Assembly: GCF_004365815.1 (NCBI RefSeq)
Contig: NZ_SODD01000040.1
Span: forward strand, 1-21,870
Direction: 5' to 3'
DNA length: 21,870 nt
Origin: Breznakia blatticola
GTDB taxonomy: Bacteria > Bacillota_I > Bacilli_A > Erysipelotrichales > Erysipelotrichaceae
Notes under the pieces: generated by a model
What the model saw: the letters and a program-made list of their open reading frames with translations, nothing else
Told to the model about the DNA's origin: nothing
The model's database searches: none
Program-made: the position numbers and the translations under genes
Shown: positions 18,896 through 21,870 of the stretch, in pieces
Layout of the letters: the number at the start of each line of letters is the position of its first letter
Numbering within the stretch: position 1 is the stretch's first letter

Positions 18896-20072
18896 GAATC
18901 TTTTGCATCTCAACAAATTGCTTTGCAGTACGTGGACTACGTCCATTATTACGAATCGCAAACATCTCTGCTTGCGTAATTAATTCATCCCCACTGATTG
19001 TCAGTTGGTTTTCTCTTGCTAAACCTTGGACAATTTCTAAATATAAATCTTTGTTAGGTTTTTGGAATGTAATGGTTAGTCCAAAGCGTGCAGCTAAACT
19101 CATTGTTTCTTGAATGGAATCATTGGTGAATAGTTCATCACTATTTCGATCTTTCATACTTTCCTTAACGAAATGACGTCGATTTGTCGTTGCATAGATT
19201 AATACATTTTTTTGACGCCCACCAACACCACCTTCTAAGATGGTCTTCAATGCCACAAAATTATCATCGTTACCTGAGAAACTTAAATCATCAATAAAGA
19301 TAATAAACTTCAAAGGGTTCTTTGCAAGCTCATCCATCAGTTCTGGCAGTTTGTGTAACAACTGTTTACTTACTTCAATTAAACGCAATCCTTTTTTATG
19401 GTATGCATTGGCAATCGCCTTTACTGTTGAACTTTTCCCAGTTCCTGCATCACCATACAGCAATGTATTACTTGCTTTCATTCCTTGTAAGAATGCTAAA
19501 GTATTTTGTTTTACCTGATTTCTTTCACGTTCATATCCAATGAGTTCGGATACATCTTGTGGATCTGGATGTTTAACTGGGAGCAATCCATGTTGTTCTA
19601 AACGGAACACATGATACTTTGCATACATTCCATATCCATCAATTGGTAAACGCTCCATTTTTGTTAGATAGTCTTTTTTGAATTGATATTTCGTGTTTTT
19701 CCATTTCGGTAAGAACCCTGGATATGGTAAGTCTTTCAGTAATTGTTGCGAAGTTAATGAACTCACTTCTTGCAGTACACGAAGTTCATGCAACAAACTT
19801 TGATGCAATACATTTTCAACTGGTTTTTGTTGCGCAATTCTAGATACGTATACATTTTCATTACGCATCACAAACTTATATATGTAACGTGACAAGTTTG
19901 TATCTTTATAAAATAAACTTGCACAGAAATCACAATAGTAATTGATATACGATTCCACTTCTTGATCATTAGCATCTAGTAGTGTTCTAAGCTTTATAAT
20001 TACTTCATCTTGTAGGATACTACGAAAAATCACAAGTGAATTTAAGCGTTTTTGTAATTCCGTAAACTTCAT
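18879..20072 (-). CDS. DUF815-family P-loop (AAA-like) ATPase, function unknown
   Basis: 397 aa. Walker A LLYGDAGTGKSSTVKAI, Walker B FIIFIDDLSF, then ATTNRRH. The ~190-aa N-terminal region is of unknown function. The overall layout is typical of DUF815 ATP-binding proteins. GAGGGGTG SD. Confidence 0.8.
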   Translation of the reverse strand: MKFTELQKRLNSLVIFRSILQDEVIIKLRTLLDANDQEVESYINYYCDFCASLFYKDTNLSRYIYKFVMRNENVYVSRIAQQKPVENVLHQSLLHELRVLQEVSSLTSQQLLKDLPYPGFLPKWKNTKYQFKKDYLTKMERLPIDGYGMYAKYHVFRLEQHGLLPVKHPDPQDVSELIGYERERNQVKQNTLAFLQGMKASNTLLYGDAGTGKSSTVKAIANAYHKKGLRLIEVSKQLLHKLPELMDELAKNPLKFIIFIDDLSFSGNDDNFVALKTILEGGVGGRQKNVLIYATTNRRHFVKESMKDRNSDELFTNDSIQETMSLAARFGLTITFQKPNKDLYLEIVQGLARENQLTISGDELITQAEMFAIRNNGRSPRTAKQFVEMQKIQEDME

Positions 20073-20144
20073 ATAATCACCCCTCTATTGGCTTTAAAAA
20101 TTATTACATATCATTTTCTATCCTTTGATATTTATAGTATATCA

Positions 20145-20188
20145 TGAAAAAAACCGAGTATCACGATGAATGTATACATGGATACTCA
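20145..20188 (-). terminator. Rho-independent terminator of the adhesin gene
   Basis: Minus strand: CTGAGTATC (20188-20180) pairs with GATACTCGG (20161-20153) over 9 bp including one G-U pair, with an 18-nt loop, followed by a T8 run (20152-20145). Confidence 0.8.
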
Positions 20189-20212
20189 GTTTATATTCTT
20201 ACAATTTACAAT

Positions 20213-21538
20213 CTATCTTTTGTTGAATACTCGTTTCTTTGTGTAAAGAAGTGTTACTGAACTAGCAAACAATAGCATTAAGTAAAAACTTGCATTGCTT
20301 GTATCACTTGTCTCAACACCAGTTGATGGTCTATTAACTACTTCTTCCGGTTTATTTGGCTTTGAAGGATTTTCCGGTTTCACTGGTTCATTTGGCACTT
20401 CAGGTTTGTTTGGTTTTTCAGGTTTTTCAGGAACAGTTGATTCTAATAATAATTCGCCATTAACCTCATCCATAGCCACAGTTCTATTCCAAAAGCTGAT
20501 TCCTAAGTCTTGTGTATTTCCGTTCACTGGTTTATATATCGTATATCTTTCTTCAAGAGTAACACCAGTAATTCTTATAGATACTTTAGATGTAATTGAT
20601 TCTTTCAGTTGCGTTTTATGAATCCTCACTTTAAATCCATTTACAGTAGGCATGTTTTGATTTGAAAAATCACCATTACTATCACTCACTTCGTAAACAA
20701 CATCGCTACTAATCGAAATATCGGTACTTACAAAATCTCCCACTTGACTTACTTCAACCATATTTGAAGTATAGTAGCCAGTTTCTTCATCAAATGTAAA
20801 TGTTAAATCCGTATTATCAAAAGTAAGTTCTGGTTGATTAGACGTATGTGCAAAACCATTATTTTCTAAATCTTGATAAACTGAATTAAGCACATCAATA
20901 AGTTTCAATTGCAGTTGAAACTTTTCATCATCCACAGTATTGTATGTATCCACATATTTTCCTGCGTTATAGTCTACAATGAATTGATCTTTATTTTTTA
21001 CAACTTTCAAAGCATTCTCAAAATCTGCCGATCCGTATGTCTCATTGTTATATAAATATCTCCACAAAGTAAATTGTTTTATATAATACTCAATTTGTTC
21101 TTTTGTAGCAGCTTTTGTTTCTCCAATTTGAATTATATTTTCTAATCCGTCAATACTATACGCATCGAGATCTATTCCCATTATTGCTTTTAGAGCGTAC
21201 CCATATTCATTTTGACTTAAATTTCCATCTAAAACTTTATCAAAAATATAGTCATCTCTTTCGCTTGGGTAAGAAATAGTCGGAGATATACAATATGCAA
21301 TTCCAGTATATGTCTCTCCTTTTTCGTCTTCATACGTCACATTCATATACGCATGATCTTCTCTTGATACACCGCCTCTAGTTTCATCAAGATAATACAA
21401 TCCCATAATAAACGGCCCTCTTTGAGATACCGTCATTTGATCTGGATAGTAGAAACCTGTATCAGCCTCCACAAATCCAAACTGTACTAGCAGCATACAT
21501 GCAGCTATACAGCCAATAAAAAATCTTTTAAGGTTCAT
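20213..21538 (-). CDS. Cell-wall-sorted surface protein with putative thioester domain (TED), Ig-like middle domain and Pro-rich stalk
   Basis: The track start at 21562 is a GTG. I prefer the ATG at 21538 (MNLKRFFIGC...), which has AGGAGG 9 nt upstream. Signal peptide ending VEA/DTG. AYCISP fits the TED Cys motif [YFL]C-phi-[DNEHS], and KQFTLW roughly fits the Gln motif phi-Q-x-phi-phi-W about 72 residues later. Stalk PEKPEKPNKPEVPNEPVKPENPSKPNKPEE. The C-terminus has RPSTG, a hydrophobic helix and KKRVFNKR (sortase-type sorting signal). Confidence 0.65.
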   Translation of the reverse strand: MNLKRFFIGCIAACMLLVQFGFVEADTGFYYPDQMTVSQRGPFIMGLYYLDETRGGVSREDHAYMNVTYEDEKGETYTGIAYCISPTISYPSERDDYIFDKVLDGNLSQNEYGYALKAIMGIDLDAYSIDGLENIIQIGETKAATKEQIEYYIKQFTLWRYLYNNETYGSADFENALKVVKNKDQFIVDYNAGKYVDTYNTVDDEKFQLQLKLIDVLNSVYQDLENNGFAHTSNQPELTFDNTDLTFTFDEETGYYTSNMVEVSQVGDFVSTDISISSDVVYEVSDSNGDFSNQNMPTVNGFKVRIHKTQLKESITSKVSIRITGVTLEERYTIYKPVNGNTQDLGISFWNRTVAMDEVNGELLLESTVPEKPEKPNKPEVPNEPVKPENPSKPNKPEEVVNRPSTGVETSDTSNASFYLMLLFASSVTLLYTKKRVFNKR

Positions 21539-21634
21539 TTCTTCTTTCCTCCTATTGAACACACATAATACACATTTCTATATATTCTTCACACAAAATG
21601 CGCAATATTATATTAGCATATTTGCATATAACTG

Positions 21635-21653
21635 ACTACATTAAAAATGTAGT
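21635..21653 (-). other. Hairpin/palindrome in the adhesin 5' leader
   Basis: ACTACAT (21635-21641), loop TAAAA, ATGTAGT (21647-21653): a perfect 7-bp inverted repeat. It lies about 100 nt upstream of the adhesin ATG and downstream of the predicted promoter. Confidence 0.4.
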
Positions 21654-21752
21654 AACCAAAAAGCACTTTTCAACTAAAAAAGACAATTAACTAAACTTAG
21701 AAATCACAAGTATTGTGCAAATCATATCAAGGTACATCAATGTTTAACTTGC

Positions 21753-21781
21753 ATTATACAACTAATTTCCACTTCTGTAAA
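21753..21781 (-). promoter_or_regulatory. Sigma-A type promoter for the adhesin gene
   Basis: Minus strand: TTTACA (21781-21776), 17-nt spacer, TATAAT (21758-21753). This implies a 5' UTR of about 200 nt. Confidence 0.6.
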
Positions 21782-21870
21782 TGTCAATTATAAATTAACG
21801 AAAATTCGGAATCAGAGTTGATGAATTTTCGGAATATGAGTTGAAGAAAAATCGGAATTATAAATTGATG
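21779..21870. repeat. At least four tandem 22-24-bp direct repeats (iteron-like / activator-site-like), truncated by the window edge
   Basis: Copies: aaatgtcaattataaattaacg (21779-21800), aaaattcggaatcagagttgatg (21801-21823), aattttcggaatatgagttgaag (21824-21846), aaaaatcggaattataaattgatg (21847-21870). Consensus AAAWTTCGGAAT-N4-5-RTTGAWG. The first (most degenerate) copy overlaps the adhesin -35 element. Confidence 0.65.

Noticed and set aside
18767-18961. 64-aa minus-strand ORF from the six-frame track
   Set aside because: It overlaps the 3' end of the DUF815 gene in another frame and runs through that gene's terminator and the module-4 promoter. It has no RBS and no recognisable features.
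20295-20621. 108-aa plus-strand ORF rich in GFSG/TSGL repeats
   Set aside because: It is the antisense reading of the adhesin's Pro/Glu/Lys-rich stalk. The repeat character is inherited from the opposite strand.
21784-21870. Open minus-strand frame entering from the right edge (ending ...SEFSLIYN, stop at 21786-21784) as the C-terminus of an unseen gene
   Set aside because: Only 29 codons are visible. They coincide with 22-24-bp DNA repeats whose period does not preserve the frame, and they overlap the adhesin -35 element. This cannot be resolved without flanking sequence, so it is not called.

Overview
This is a low-GC, Bacillota-type chromosomal segment. Calls rest on motifs recognised by eye in the supplied ORF translations. 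No database search or alignment was run. Positions 1-16.7 kb are ordinary housekeeping DNA. On the minus strand these are an AI-2E transporter, a DUF1146 mini-protein, an O-antigen-ligase-like membrane protein, an MFS transporter, uvrB, an S41 (Ctp-type) protease, a cyclophilin lipoprotein, glyA, rpiB, tsaC and a small YefM-like ORF. On the plus strand is a divergent ilvB-ilvN-ilvC-(MazG-like)-ilvD cluster. The right-hand 5 kb (16.7-21.9 kb) looks accessory and is the interesting part. It holds a secreted HExxH metalloprotease whose C-terminal domain resembles Pro-Pro endopeptidases (PPEP/Zmp1, M34/ATLF-like), a DUF815 P-loop ATPase, and a cell-wall-sorted adhesin with thioester-domain motifs and a proline-rich stalk. 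Two unexplained non-coding repeat structures sit in this region. The first is a four-module array in the 496-bp gap upstream of the protease gene (18451-18843). Each module has a CCTAY-N7-RTAGG palindrome and a conserved tail; three also carry a hairpin whose stem sequence differs between modules, and two carry a strong extended -10 promoter. The second is a set of at least four 22-24-bp direct repeats abutting the adhesin promoter and running off the window edge. Smaller oddities are a MazG-like gene wedged into the ilv cluster behind a terminator-like hairpin, an orphan truncated YefM-like ORF translationally overlapping tsaC, and uvrB coupled to an MFS transporter instead of uvrA. I saw no rRNA or tRNA genes, bona fide CRISPR arrays, transposases or integrases.
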